A stretch of DNA of 64,000 nucleotides from a virus. A program made the position numbers and the translations under genes. The stretch spans positions 77,906 through 141,905 of the IMG/VR virus record IMGVR_UViG_3300008085_000023. One strand, 5' to 3'. Under the pieces are notes generated by a model. The model was not told where the DNA came from. It saw nothing but the letters and a program-made list of their open reading frames with translations, and did not search any database. Below are positions 1 to 10,802 of this stretch, piece after piece (position 1 is the stretch's first letter; every line of letters starts with the position of its first letter).

Positions 1-1319
1 TGAAACGCAGCCTTCTTACGCTCAAACTCATTGGCTAACTGGCTAGCTAACTTCTTACTATCCTTGGTGAATACATTCCACCTATTAATGATGTCAGGCT
101 TATTTCCCATTGATAAAATGTGCGAATTATACCAAGAATCCGCATTGCGAGCAGCAATAGCCTTGGCCCACGGCGTAACAACATAGTCTAGAGCTTCGCG
201 AGAAGGCTCAATAAATTCGCAATCAAGCGCAAAGTCAGTCTGACCAATTTCCTGCGACTTTTCAGAGAGAGCCTCGTTAAAAGCCTCTTCAGTTTCAGAA
301 ACGAATTCCTCTTCAGGTTCGTTATCTACGTTAGTGCCATCCCCATCCGGCGCCGCATCCGGATTACTCTTGCCGTTATCATCACCTTGCGTAGACTTGG
401 CATTAGCATCGTCAGGATTGCTGCTTTCATCATTATCAGAATCTTCAGTTTTGGCCGAGTCAGAATCTTCAGTTTCGTCGCCAGACTTCGTGGGAATGTT
501 GTTATCGTTGTCAGAATCTTCAGTTTCGTCGCCAGACTTCGTGGGGATCACATTGTCCTCAGACTTCTCAGGCTCTTCATCGGTTGAGGGTTCATCCTCT
601 TCACCGCCAAAGCCCCCAACGTCTTCGCAATCTGATCGATCAGCTTCAGTATCGCTGATGTCGACCTTAATTTCCGGCATTGCGCTAACTTCAGGTTCGG
701 CTTCCTTAGACATAAAGTTATCGATGATGCGATTAGCGACACGCTCGACGTCCTCCGCAGTTTCTACAGAGAAAGCATCATCTACAAGAGACTTTTCTTC
801 GGGTGTGAAATTGGGGTTAATTATACCCGTACCACACTTGGCAAGGACGTTCAAGCGATCAAGGACGTTCATGCTATCAAGAGCAATCTGATCCTTGACG
901 TTCTTTCCGAAGAAGTCGATATCGAATAGATATTTGTACCCAGCGCGGAAGTCCTTGATGAGGCCCGGGTAAGACCGCATAATTTTCTTCTCAATGCGGA
1001 TATCTTCAAGGATGTTGAAGACGGAATGAAAGCGACGATACTTCGGGTTCGATTTGAGAGCATTAAAATCTTCGATTGAGCTCCATAGCGCATGCCCCAC
1101 TTCGTGACCTATAAAGAGATCGTACACTGCACGAGGAGCATCAAGCATCACTGGCAATCCCACCGTACGTGTCTCCATATTAAAGAAGGCCGTGCGATAT
1201 GTTGCAGAACGATGGATTTTGATGTTTTCCTTGGCGAGTAATCGACCGACAGTATTTTGTACGTCGACGGCGAAGGGCGAATGGACAGCATCATTGGTCT
1301 TTGGTATTGTATCTATCAT
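1..1319 (-). CDS. HEXXH metallopeptidase / CobT-like protein of T4-like phages (runs off window start)
   Basis: Not in ORF track. Manual translation from ATG 1319: MIDTIPK...LLAKENIKIHR...TAFFNMETRTVGLP...YDLFIGHEVGHALW...NILEDIRIEKKI...YPGL, followed by an acidic linker. Confidence 0.8.
   Translation of the reverse strand, partial: MIDTIPKTNDAVHSPFAVDVQNTVGRLLAKENIKIHRSATYRTAFFNMETRTVGLPVMLDAPRAVYDLFIGHEVGHALWSSIEDFNALKSNPKYRRFHSVFNILEDIRIEKKIMRSYPGLIKDFRAGYKYLFDIDFFGKNVKDQIALDSMNVLDRLNVLAKCGTGIINPNFTPEEKSLVDDAFSVETAEDVERVANRIIDNFMSKEAEPEVSAMPEIKVDISDTEADRSDCEDVGGFGGEEDEPSTDEEPEKSEDNVIPTKSGDETEDSDNDNNIPTKSGDETEDSDSAKTEDSDNDESSNPDDANAKSTQGDDNGKSNPDAAPDGDGTNVDNEPEEEFVSETEEAFNEALSEKSQEIGQTDFALDCEFIEPSREALDYVVTPWAKAIAARNADSWYNSHILSMGNKPDIINRWNVFTKDSKKLASQLANEFERKKAAF
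436..545. repeat. Coding direct repeat (35-nt copies at 460-494 and 511-545, partial copy at 436) in the acidic linker
   Basis: tcagaatcttcagtttcgtcgccagacttcgtggg repeated with a 51-nt period. Confidence 0.85.
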
Positions 1320-1325
1320 GATACC

Positions 1326-1356
1326 ATTATACCACAGTTTGGGCCCATTTGTACAC
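1326..1356 (-). promoter_or_regulatory. Early-type promoter GTGTACA-N17-TATAAT with extended -10 TG; ATG follows 6 nt later
   Basis: GTGTACA AATGGGCCCAAACTGTGG TATAAT GGTATC ATG; motif recurs 11 times in the window. Confidence 0.8.
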
Positions 1357-1429
1357 CATTATTTTAGCCAAAATGCGTAAATTGGCCTACAAGAGACCTT
1401 TAAGACTGAAAATAATCTTGACATGCAGC

Positions 1430-3094
1430 CTAAACTAGGGACGCAAGATAGAAATAATGGCTATTTGCGGTTGGCAATTGGGCGGGATCTGTAGCTCCAG
1501 AGACGTCAATACTGTAGTGAGAGAAGAATGATAAAGTATTTCCGTACGTGGCATTTTCTGCAGTATTAAGTAGAGTAGAATCGCCCAATAATGTCATTCT
1601 GATAGTTGTTGCTGTAGAAGTTGGATTATACACATTAGCAGAAGGTTGGATGATTGAAGCTGCAGCATTGATCGCCCCCGCGAAGATGTTTGAGCAATCA
1701 GTAAATGTGAACCCAAGTGCTGAAGGACGGAATGTTACTTGTGAACCTTCCCAGATTTTGAATGCTGAAGTGCAGTTGCTGAAGTTACATGGCGCTATAA
1801 ATGATATGTTAGAATCCTGCTTCAATGTGAATGTGCATGTATCAAAATTTAGATATGCGAATTCAACTGCTGCATGTTTACGACCAGTGAAAGAAAGATC
1901 CATGCCTTGAATCGTCACACCTGTATCGCCAGTAGAAGCGATTGTTTCACCTGTGATAACCACTTTTCCTGGACCACTAGGGAGATAATCAGTGAGATTT
2001 GAATCACCCACCACAAGTGTTGCCATATCATCAACGGGTGTGGCTAATGGTCTATTAAACTGAATTGTAAGTGTGACGTCTGGGCTTATATAATCGAAAG
2101 CGCGAAGAGCGTTTTGTAATTGTTCAATTGAGCTATATGTTGTTTCATCTGGATTAATGACAAACAGCGTATCTTGGTCGCACGAAACTATACGATTATA
2201 TCCACGGAAATATCCAAGCTTAGTACCATAATCATATGACGCTGCCGTTTGATAAAAATCGAGCATTTCATCCATATATACTTCAAACGCGGCGCGCTGG
2301 TCAATTAATTCTAGATACTGTGCTGACAAATTGTCCCACTGCGCTTCATACGTTTCTGACTCAAGGATGGCATCATTAATTTCCTGATCCCTATCATCAA
2401 GTGAGCTCACTACTAATGCGTTTAGAGCAGTATCTAACGCCAAATTATCTGATACGACCTGATCCAAAGCGTCCGATGCTAGCTGAAGCGCCGCAGCATT
2501 GGCAGTTTCTTGGCTAGTAATAATGTTGTTAGTTCGAATGACCGTGGTGTTTAATGCATGGAGAACATCTGCGACATTATCTTCATCAAATGCTGTGTAG
2601 TCATTATCAATCTTAATAGTTGAAGCTAAATGCGAAGTAGTGGCCCCAGTCGCATGATTGACAAGATCAGATTGAAGTCCAACAATTACATTGGCTAATA
2701 CGGTTATTACTGTTTCGAGATTTGTTGCAGTCGTTAATGCGCGTAGAGCAGCATCTGCACCAAGTCTATCAACTCGAATTGAAGGAGCTTCGTGGGACAC
2801 TTCGGCCGTGTTATTGATATGAGCATAAAGAGGAATAAGTGCTTCGGCAACATTATTAACAGTGTTGCTTTCTAGATCAGTAAGGTCAGCTGTTGAAATT
2901 TGATCAGCACGATGGGCACCAACAACGCTGCCTTCTATATGTTGGTTCAATTCATAGATTGCTGCTGCATTTGCCGCGTTCTGTGTCAATATGTCAGCTG
3001 CAATTCCCAACACTGAACGAAGAATGTCTACTTGACCCTGAGTCGGCGCATTAGTGTCAGACCCTATTGTTTTACTTAAATCTATTGTGCTCAT
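1430..3094 (-). CDS. Putative virion/tail-fibre-associated protein, 554 aa
   Basis: Late promoter upstream; repeated H-x-A-x-x-I motifs; coiled coil; C-terminal beta-helix-like region similar to the neighbouring gene. Confidence 0.55.
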   Translation of the reverse strand: MSTIDLSKTIGSDTNAPTQGQVDILRSVLGIAADILTQNAANAAAIYELNQHIEGSVVGAHRADQISTADLTDLESNTVNNVAEALIPLYAHINNTAEVSHEAPSIRVDRLGADAALRALTTATNLETVITVLANVIVGLQSDLVNHATGATTSHLASTIKIDNDYTAFDEDNVADVLHALNTTVIRTNNIITSQETANAAALQLASDALDQVVSDNLALDTALNALVVSSLDDRDQEINDAILESETYEAQWDNLSAQYLELIDQRAAFEVYMDEMLDFYQTAASYDYGTKLGYFRGYNRIVSCDQDTLFVINPDETTYSSIEQLQNALRAFDYISPDVTLTIQFNRPLATPVDDMATLVVGDSNLTDYLPSGPGKVVITGETIASTGDTGVTIQGMDLSFTGRKHAAVEFAYLNFDTCTFTLKQDSNISFIAPCNFSNCTSAFKIWEGSQVTFRPSALGFTFTDCSNIFAGAINAAASIIQPSANVYNPTSTATTIRMTLLGDSTLLNTAENATYGNTLSFFSHYSIDVSGATDPAQLPTANSHYFYLASLV

Positions 3095-3099
3095 ATCTG

Positions 3100-3107
3100 T
3101 ATTTATA
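3100..3107 (-). promoter_or_regulatory. gp55-type late promoter TATAAATA
   Basis: Exact match, 5 nt before ATG 3094. Confidence 0.8.
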
Positions 3108-3111
3108 CGGC

Positions 3112-6100
3112 TTAGTTATAACGTGAAAGCCATGTACCCTTTTCTAATGAAGCTTCGGTTAACGTAATTGCTGTAGAAAGATTATCAACTCCCACGGTAC
3201 TTCGTGTAGTACTTTGATTATACTGCAATTGGCCAGGTGTTGAATATTTATGAGTGTTCCACTGGCCATGAACAAAATCGTTATAGTTCAAAAATAAGCT
3301 ACCGCCTCTAATCTCCACAGAGCGCACTGCTAATGACGATAGGGGATTACTAATGAAATTCTTTTCAGCCATCGAGAAGGAAGCTTGAAGACTTCTGCGA
3401 CCATCTCCTATCGCAATTGGTCCGTATAGATAAAAGCTTGAACGTTCGTCAATAACAATATTCTGATACCAACCATGATATAGATTACTTCCTGCACCGA
3501 TAAAATGCAAAACAGATAGAGGAACAAACGCAGTGTTTTCATATAGTTCAAATGTCGTTAAGCCTTTATCTGTGTTATTTCCGTTATACTGCGAAATAGC
3601 GCGCAGATGACTTCTACCCTTGCAACATATTGCGATAGCTTGTCCAACATTAGTGCTTTCAGTATTGTCTAATAGAGGTCCTTCAAATACAAATGACAAT
3701 GCTTCAGGAACATTAGGCCATGTTAAATTTACAACATGCTTACTTGACTGGAATATATCAACCGTGCTACGATCATCAACGAAGATGCCAAACTTATTCC
3801 ATTTGCCCGATAGCTTCATTGGACATACAAAATCTAGCTTGCTATTATTCGTTACTGATACAGCTGTTGAACCATTGCCTGTAGCATGCAGCTCAATACT
3901 GTTAAGCTCAATATTGCATGCGTCAGGACCAGAAGAATACGTAATACCAGACGATCCAGAAAAACTAAATGTCGTTAGAATATTAGAATAGTTGTATGCG
4001 AGCAATGGACTTTCAGCACTCTCTAGTTCGCGTTCGCCGCGAAGAATAATCTTACCGGCGCCTGGTAGAGCAATGCGATTCAGATCTAAACCTGTACTAA
4101 AGTTATAATATCCTGCTGGGAAGTTTAGTGTTAGGACACCCCCAGTCGCAACGTAATCGTAATTAGACTGAATAGTAGAATATACTTCATTGTTACGAAC
4201 AGTATCAGATACTACAAACTGTTGTGTTATTTCTTCATTATCAGTAAATGCTCTTGCTATGATTTTCAATTCATCGGGAGATGCAATACCATACGTAACT
4301 GAATACCCAAGATTAAACATACTATTTGCATTAGTAACCCTCCAACCCATTTCACTCATCACGTCGCGATACGCAGCCATAGATGAATATGTTCGATTAA
4401 CTTTACTATTCAATAGAGAAAAATCAACGCCTTCAGTCGTTGCAACTTTAAAGCCAGAGATCGTTAACTCAGTAGCGCCAGCTGCTGACATATCGTCGAA
4501 CGCAGTTGCAAGATCAGAGAAATCGCATGCCAGTGACGCTGCGCCAGAAGTGGTTCGGCCAGTTTGTCTTTGCACGATTGGCTTGTATTCCTTAATCGTG
4601 TTGAATTCGTAATATGAAAACGCCGGCTGATAACGACTCCTGTTGGCATACCCATCTAGATATAATTCTTCATATGTCGTCCAGGTCGTCTGGATTTTCA
4701 TTGGCCACTCAGTCCATGGAGTCTTGCCAAAGTAAATCACTTCGCCATCAACCGCTTTAACAGCGGCAATCGTCATAACATAATCATCTGATACGTTAAT
4801 GGTGTACTTGTTTCCAAGATTCACAGTCCTATCAGCAAGATTTTGAATTGCCCATTTAACTTGATCAATACGTCCAATTGAATACTCAATATTCCCATTA
4901 GCATCTAACTTAGGCGCGCGGGGACCATTGTCAAGTGGAGGGAATGCTGTTTCGTTTAGCAACGAAGCCTCGCGATAAAAGCGTCCATCGTTCATTGCTA
5001 TACCACCATTATGGTATCCAAAATAGTCCCAACTATCATTCTCATTGATTTGATTAAAGAAGTATCCAAACACTTCGTTGAATGCATTAGAATCAACTGT
5101 TGAATGAATTTCAAAATCAGAAAACCATAATTGAGGTTGCTCCCATGCTTCGCGCGAAGAGTTAATGCTGCTTGGCAACCACGACGATGGGTACCAATAT
5201 TTATCTTCGCCTACGGGAATCATTCGGTTGAATAGTTGCTTAAGATCAAACGTTAACGAAGCTCTGACTGCACCGGCGTCACCAATAACACTTTCTGCGA
5301 GAGCTGGGTTAAGTGATTCAAGTTTAACTTCAGTTTCAGCTGATGTTGCGGGATCAATATATTTTGCTATAGGAATTGTATTATTTGGCTCGAACGTTAC
5401 TTCGGTCGATTTAACTATAGCAGGAATAACACCAACAACCTGTGACAGAACTTCTTCGCTATTGAGTGTTTGCGACTTAATAAGCAACGTATTATCTTGA
5501 AAGGTTATTAGATAATCTGGACCGTAATCTTTTTCAGTGATAGTTGTTTTTAAATCATCAAGGGTAAAGAATATGCCATTGTTTAAATCAGCATTCAATT
5601 GTGTTAGTGCACTAGGTGAACCAACATTACTTACAAATTTAAATCCCTCTAATGTAACGCCCCAAAAAGCATTAGCTTCACCTACTGGATGAGCTGCAAG
5701 GAACACATTATTAAGTGCAGAAAAATCGCATAATATCGATGAACCTTCTTCGATAAGAACACCTGGTTCTGATTCGTATACTGGAGGCGTTGTTGTGTAC
5801 TCTTCCCACGATTGCTCGCCTTCAACTTCGATTTTACGACGTACATCATACGTAGCGTCCACTGAAATTAATTCAGTATTTGTTGGATCATTAGCAACAA
5901 TACTAAATGTCATTGGATCGCGTGTTACTAATGGATCTACATCGCCATTCTCGTAATCATGATTCCAGCCGTTTTCATTAATCGTAATTGTGTAATTTGG
6001 AATGAGCTCATTTGCAGCGCGAATCTTCGAAATAATATAACGTCTAAATGATCCAGGTGTGCTATAATCGCCAGGAGGTACTACTAATAGATCATTTAAC

Positions 6101-8607
6101 GCCATGTTAAGATGATACAAGGCCGTAGGATCCACAGTCGTTCTGAATACTAAACCTGTAACTTTAACATCAAAATATCCACCATCAACGTAATCTTTTG
6201 CGATTCCCCACACATCATCATAAAGAGGAATCGTATTCATCGTTAACGAAGCGTTGGCACTTACGAAATTAGATTCAAATTGAGTTGAGTTGGCCGCATT
6301 AAGTGATGGTAACGCAACTTGGTGTGATTCAAATTCAGTGATGCGATAATTAGCAACTGGATCGTTGCTGCTATTAAGAACACTTCGTGAAAGCATTCGG
6401 CGTTCAATAACTGGAGTTACAGTTCGATTCAAATAAGAATCACCTAACGTGTGCGTTGTACGCGGATCAGTTGTGGCAAGGTCCGTGTTTTCATCTGGAA
6501 TGCTATATCGATATGTGGCGTCAGCATGGTCAACAGCGACCGCTTCATCAACAGTATCCCAAATATCTCCAGGCAACGCTTCGGCTCGAGGATCCTCTTC
6601 GGTTGGGTACGTATACGGTGGTGATGGAAGTGTTTCCTTAATGTCAACGACGAAATCAGCAAACCAATATGAAGGTGATTCCGCCAATACGTAGAGACGT
6701 TCATTCAATACTAACATTTTTGTTAATTTGGTACCTAACGCTCTGCCATACCACTCGTAAAGTCTCCATGGCTGATGTTGAGCAGGCGTTGTTGTAGCAG
6801 GCGTGCCTTTAATGAAGTCAGCTGCAGGGTTATGCACGAAACTCGCTAGTTTGGCATCAAGATTTGCAAAGCCTGCTATTAGAGCGCTATTAACTGAAGC
6901 TGCAGTAGTAACGCGAGATTCTTCAGCACTGGCTAAAAGGTCTCTAGATATGTCATAAGGCGGTGTGGGAATTCTACCCTCGGTTAGAACAGCAATCCAC
7001 GAAAGTGCGCGTAATGATTGCGCCAAAGATCCATCAGAAATATCACCCGCTGCCGGTGCAGTAGCTGGAGGAAACTCTATTCCATCGTAAGGTTCAGACA
7101 TCCAGTATGCTAACAAATCAAAATCCTGTGTGAGCGATTCGTTGTGCACGGTGTCGATCTGCAACCTAGAAACAGTTAGAATGTTTGCTGCGAGGGTTAC
7201 ACTAAAGCTTGGTATAGTTACGCCTGCTACTGCTGATTCTAATGCAGCCATGGAAGCATATGAAGTGTTAAGCACGTCATTCAGTACACTTAAATCTACA
7301 CCTGTAGTTGACAAAATATTGAACCCGCTGAGAGTCACATTACCAAATAACACTGGATTGTCCATGATCGCTGCGAGATTGCTAAGATCAAATTCAATTG
7401 ACGCGGGCACATCATTTAGAGGATTAGCATCAGGCTTATTACCGACAACCTGTGTTATAGTCACAACAAGAGGATCGTTAGTGTATACCGTATATTCGTT
7501 TTCAACCAACTCAAGCTTGTATGATGCTCTAATTGCGGGATTTGAATCGAGAGTGCTATCTTGAATCGTATCTGCTGTATGAAAATAATCGATTGCGTTT
7601 TTATGCTTTGTAAATTCTGGTTTATACGTCTGAATGCCATCGTACATGCGAATGAATGAAGATAACAGCGTGTCAACATCAGCAAAACCAGAAATAGCAT
7701 TGATCGTTAAAAGCCCTGCTTCTGAGAACGCCACTTGCTCAAGTGTGTGAGCTGCCGTTTGACGAGTGACGTGAGAATAAATTGAATCGATCGCATCTTG
7801 TAAATTACTAAAACCAAGTGTAGTGTAAAATGCTTCAAGACTCGCCCAATCAATATTCTGTGTATTATAAAGAGGATCAAGCCACCAATGGTCGTAATAC
7901 GGCGAAGCGTAATCAAAACTAATATCATCATCAGTTGGAATTACTAGCTCTATATTTGAAGCTAAATGGCGGGGGTCATCATCACCAAGATCCTCTACTT
8001 CTCTATGTATTGAAACATCGGTATTAAACGCATCGCGATTTGCTACTACCCCGGCGATATCAGTTGGCCATTCAATAAGATTGCGAATAGCATCTTTGAT
8101 TTCTTGATTAAGAGCAAGCGTGCCAGAGATTAACGAAATATTGCTATTAACTGTCGTGTTAGGAATGCGGACAACTTCTGATGCATCAGAAGAACCATCC
8201 CAATATGAGTAAAGGCATTGTAAGTAATCAACATACTCTCCGTATTGCATTCCTGACAATTGCTCCATTGGTCCAATTGGAACACCGGCGTCTGCTTCAA
8301 AAATGATAGTATTTCCAGATCTGCTAACACTATACCCAGTTCCAGGTGTTGCGGCAAGGGCATCTAAAAAATCGTCCAATGAATCATGCGCCGTATTATT
8401 GCCAAGATTGTTTATATCACTTAAAATGAAGCCAAGCTTTTGCAACGTTAGGAATTCAATCCACACAGAACCAGTGCCGGCCCAGCCCGGATTATTTGCT
8501 AGAATGTCTAGAAGGCCCTGTTGCGCTGCATCGAATATCGGTTGTAGAAAACTAAAATCGATCGTAAATCTTTGAGTTGCATTTCTGCCTATATCTATAG
8601 TAGCCAT
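3112..8607 (-). CDS. Large putative virion structural / receptor-binding protein, 1831 aa, internally repeated
   Basis: Long ORF with late promoter; acidic and beta-rich; repeated modules; C-terminal beta-helix-like region. Confidence 0.55.
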   Translation of the reverse strand: MATIDIGRNATQRFTIDFSFLQPIFDAAQQGLLDILANNPGWAGTGSVWIEFLTLQKLGFILSDINNLGNNTAHDSLDDFLDALAATPGTGYSVSRSGNTIIFEADAGVPIGPMEQLSGMQYGEYVDYLQCLYSYWDGSSDASEVVRIPNTTVNSNISLISGTLALNQEIKDAIRNLIEWPTDIAGVVANRDAFNTDVSIHREVEDLGDDDPRHLASNIELVIPTDDDISFDYASPYYDHWWLDPLYNTQNIDWASLEAFYTTLGFSNLQDAIDSIYSHVTRQTAAHTLEQVAFSEAGLLTINAISGFADVDTLLSSFIRMYDGIQTYKPEFTKHKNAIDYFHTADTIQDSTLDSNPAIRASYKLELVENEYTVYTNDPLVVTITQVVGNKPDANPLNDVPASIEFDLSNLAAIMDNPVLFGNVTLSGFNILSTTGVDLSVLNDVLNTSYASMAALESAVAGVTIPSFSVTLAANILTVSRLQIDTVHNESLTQDFDLLAYWMSEPYDGIEFPPATAPAAGDISDGSLAQSLRALSWIAVLTEGRIPTPPYDISRDLLASAEESRVTTAASVNSALIAGFANLDAKLASFVHNPAADFIKGTPATTTPAQHQPWRLYEWYGRALGTKLTKMLVLNERLYVLAESPSYWFADFVVDIKETLPSPPYTYPTEEDPRAEALPGDIWDTVDEAVAVDHADATYRYSIPDENTDLATTDPRTTHTLGDSYLNRTVTPVIERRMLSRSVLNSSNDPVANYRITEFESHQVALPSLNAANSTQFESNFVSANASLTMNTIPLYDDVWGIAKDYVDGGYFDVKVTGLVFRTTVDPTALYHLNMALNDLLVVPPGDYSTPGSFRRYIISKIRAANELIPNYTITINENGWNHDYENGDVDPLVTRDPMTFSIVANDPTNTELISVDATYDVRRKIEVEGEQSWEEYTTTPPVYESEPGVLIEEGSSILCDFSALNNVFLAAHPVGEANAFWGVTLEGFKFVSNVGSPSALTQLNADLNNGIFFTLDDLKTTITEKDYGPDYLITFQDNTLLIKSQTLNSEEVLSQVVGVIPAIVKSTEVTFEPNNTIPIAKYIDPATSAETEVKLESLNPALAESVIGDAGAVRASLTFDLKQLFNRMIPVGEDKYWYPSSWLPSSINSSREAWEQPQLWFSDFEIHSTVDSNAFNEVFGYFFNQINENDSWDYFGYHNGGIAMNDGRFYREASLLNETAFPPLDNGPRAPKLDANGNIEYSIGRIDQVKWAIQNLADRTVNLGNKYTINVSDDYVMTIAAVKAVDGEVIYFGKTPWTEWPMKIQTTWTTYEELYLDGYANRSRYQPAFSYYEFNTIKEYKPIVQRQTGRTTSGAASLACDFSDLATAFDDMSAAGATELTISGFKVATTEGVDFSLLNSKVNRTYSSMAAYRDVMSEMGWRVTNANSMFNLGYSVTYGIASPDELKIIARAFTDNEEITQQFVVSDTVRNNEVYSTIQSNYDYVATGGVLTLNFPAGYYNFSTGLDLNRIALPGAGKIILRGERELESAESPLLAYNYSNILTTFSFSGSSGITYSSGPDACNIELNSIELHATGNGSTAVSVTNNSKLDFVCPMKLSGKWNKFGIFVDDRSTVDIFQSSKHVVNLTWPNVPEALSFVFEGPLLDNTESTNVGQAIAICCKGRSHLRAISQYNGNNTDKGLTTFELYENTAFVPLSVLHFIGAGSNLYHGWYQNIVIDERSSFYLYGPIAIGDGRRSLQASFSMAEKNFISNPLSSLAVRSVEIRGGSLFLNYNDFVHGQWNTHKYSTPGQLQYNQSTTRSTVGVDNLSTAITLTEASLEKGTWLSRYN

Positions 8608-8612
8608 GTTAG

Positions 8613-8620
8613 TATTTATA
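8613..8620 (-). promoter_or_regulatory. Late promoter TATAAATA
   Basis: Exact match, 5 nt before ATG 8607. Confidence 0.8.
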
Positions 8621-8879
8621 TCTCCATTTTACTATGGCTACCAGCACTCTTATGAATGCCTCTCAATACCTCGCCCCATCGGGATCCCATTTTACGTTCA
8701 GCACGTTTATGCACTGACACTGTGTCATAAACAAAACTAATGCCAGAATAATCGCGTCTAACCTTACCTTTGGTCGAACACTTCGGGCATTTTTCACCAA
8801 TGGGTACTTCACGATCACTTATTGATAAGTCAACGCAAAACACCTCATTGCAATTTTCACACACATATTGGTATATCAT
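8616..8879 (-). CDS. FmdB-family zinc-ribbon protein
   Basis: YQYVCENC...CPKC motif. Confidence 0.8.
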   Translation of the reverse strand: MIYQYVCENCNEVFCVDLSISDREVPIGEKCPKCSTKGKVRRDYSGISFVYDTVSVHKRAERKMGSRWGEVLRGIHKSAGSHSKMEI

Positions 8880-8885
8880 ATCATC

Positions 8886-9398
8886 CTATAGAATGTTTGG
8901 CCATACTTCTTTAACAATATCTTTGGTAATCTTTGGATAAAGCTCTTCAAGCTTTTTATCTTTAACAACACAGATCAACTGCGCGTCTGCAATATTTACA
9001 GTCTCCAATAAGCTTATAAATGCAGCTTCCTTCTGCAGCTTCGACCCTTTTGCCTGTACAATCAGCTGACCCATTACCGAAATTATACGGTCGGTGACTT
9101 TAACAACTGTCGTGTTTGGCTTAAATGGCGGTTCACCTTCGGGAAATGGGAACTGCACCTTATCATTGAAATTTGCTGCAAGAATTGTCTTAAGGACAAA
9201 CGATTCGTTTTCCTTTAAACGTAAAATAAGCTCTTCACGATCACGCTTTGCGGACGGTCTACCTGCGCGCTTGCGCTTTGACAAATCAACAATGTTGTCG
9301 AAAATTGCTGTAATGGTACCATTTAAAATTGGTGTTTCTTCGTTTAGTACGACACCAGGCGTGGTCTGTGTTGCGCGGTTTTTAGCATCTGCGGCCAT
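8886..9398 (-). CDS. Conserved T4-like phage hypothetical protein
   Basis: FPEGEPPFKPN...FISLLE...KDKKL pattern; position next to rnh; GGAG RBS. Confidence 0.65.
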   Translation of the reverse strand: MAADAKNRATQTTPGVVLNEETPILNGTITAIFDNIVDLSKRKRAGRPSAKRDREELILRLKENESFVLKTILAANFNDKVQFPFPEGEPPFKPNTTVVKVTDRIISVMGQLIVQAKGSKLQKEAAFISLLETVNIADAQLICVVKDKKLEELYPKITKDIVKEVWPNIL

Positions 9399-9428
9399 AA
9401 TTATATCTCCATTGTGTATTAGTATTTA

Positions 9429-10304
9429 TCAGAAAAACTCAGGCAGCTTTTCGATCATTGTATTACAACGCTTCTTGATGAGATAATTCAAGAATGCATT
9501 TTTGTTGACAGGTTTGCCAACCTTACTCTTAGCTTCGAACTCAGTCCGAATAGCTTCTACGATATCACGGGGGAGAAAATTTAAATCGATGACAGTTTGA
9601 TTGCGATCAAAGTTTCTTCGATGAACATCCTTTTCGAAAGCAGTATCTTCATCGTTTAGAAAACTATGGTATAATGCTTCTAACTTTTTCTTAGACACAG
9701 GCGTTTGGCGTTTTCCTTCAGTCACTAGAACATCATCATCAGAAAAGATGTTGGGAACTCCATCACCTGTATCGCCCTTAACAATATGCTCAAACAGATA
9801 ACGTCTCGGATCTTTCTCCACAAGCTTCTTCTTTAGCAGATTCGAATACTGACTGACGTTGGAATATCGCTGTAGTTGGAGAAAATCCTTATCAGCCGAG
9901 ACGATCATCACGGGCTCATGACATCCGAACTCTTGGGTTCCCTTAACCAATACTGCTATGACATCGTCTGCCTCCGCTCTAGGAACATCTACAACCGTAA
10001 ATGGGGAGTATTGATCAATCTCCGATTTAATATTATCCAACCAACCATAAACTTCAACCCAATCAATAGGCGAAAGCTCTCGGCCCTTTTTACGATTGGC
10101 TTTGTAGAACTCAAAAACTTCTTTTCGCCAAGACCCATGATCGCATGCGAGAACTATATCTCCATGTGATTGCTTGAACTTTCGATTATAGAAGCTAATG
10201 CTATTCAAAATCATATGCCGCATCATATTCTCAGACAGTTCTTCTCTACCATGCTGCACAAAAATACTTGCTACGGAAATTCCTGAAAAATCGATAATTG
10301 TCAT
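9429..10304 (-). CDS. rnh: T4-type RNase H (5'-3' exonuclease)
   Basis: IIDFS, EADDVIAVL, SADKDFLQL, GDTGDGVPN motifs. Confidence 0.93.
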   Translation of the reverse strand: MTIIDFSGISVASIFVQHGREELSENMMRHMILNSISFYNRKFKQSHGDIVLACDHGSWRKEVFEFYKANRKKGRELSPIDWVEVYGWLDNIKSEIDQYSPFTVVDVPRAEADDVIAVLVKGTQEFGCHEPVMIVSADKDFLQLQRYSNVSQYSNLLKKKLVEKDPRRYLFEHIVKGDTGDGVPNIFSDDDVLVTEGKRQTPVSKKKLEALYHSFLNDEDTAFEKDVHRRNFDRNQTVIDLNFLPRDIVEAIRTEFEAKSKVGKPVNKNAFLNYLIKKRCNTMIEKLPEFF

Positions 10305-10333
10305 AATATATTCCTATGTTAATTTCTAGATCT

Positions 10334-10363
10334 AATATAACATAAAGGAGCGGTGTTGTACAC
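10334..10363 (-). promoter_or_regulatory. Early-type promoter upstream of rnh
   Basis: GTGTACA-N17-TATATT with TG extension. Confidence 0.75.
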
Positions 10364-10365
10364 TA

Positions 10366-10794
10366 TTATTTTTCTATGGACATATGTTTAACGTGAGTTG
10401 CGTTAATTCTGCAGTTAATTATGCCGTTATAATATTCATCCTGCTTCAGCAAAACGCCGCGCGTAAATTGCTCTTCGCTTTCGCGATACGATAGTTCGCC
10501 TTTAGTGTAGCAGAGATGAAGGATCTCTCGATGAAAGATATCAAGGCCATGCTCTTCAAGCAGCAGCTTAATATTTTCGCTTGATCCACAGTATTTTTTC
10601 CAATCGGACTCTGGGTATGAAACGCGTTTACGCTTATTTCCTTTTAGTGGTGGTCGCGAAACTTTGCGAAAGAACCGCTTTTGTCCGATGTACTTTTTGT
10701 TATTCTGAAGATTAGTGACGCAATATACAAACCCTACAGCATCGCCAATCATCTCACTAGTAAACTCTTTGCCATCATATATCCATTCATTCAT
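10366..10794 (-). CDS. GIY-YIG family nuclease
   Basis: GFVYCVTN...KYIGQK, ESDWKKYCGSS; TATAAATA at 10800-10807. Confidence 0.8.
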   Translation of the reverse strand: MNEWIYDGKEFTSEMIGDAVGFVYCVTNLQNNKKYIGQKRFFRKVSRPPLKGNKRKRVSYPESDWKKYCGSSENIKLLLEEHGLDIFHREILHLCYTKGELSYRESEEQFTRGVLLKQDEYYNGIINCRINATHVKHMSIEK

Positions 10795-10802
10795 ATAGTT
10801 AT

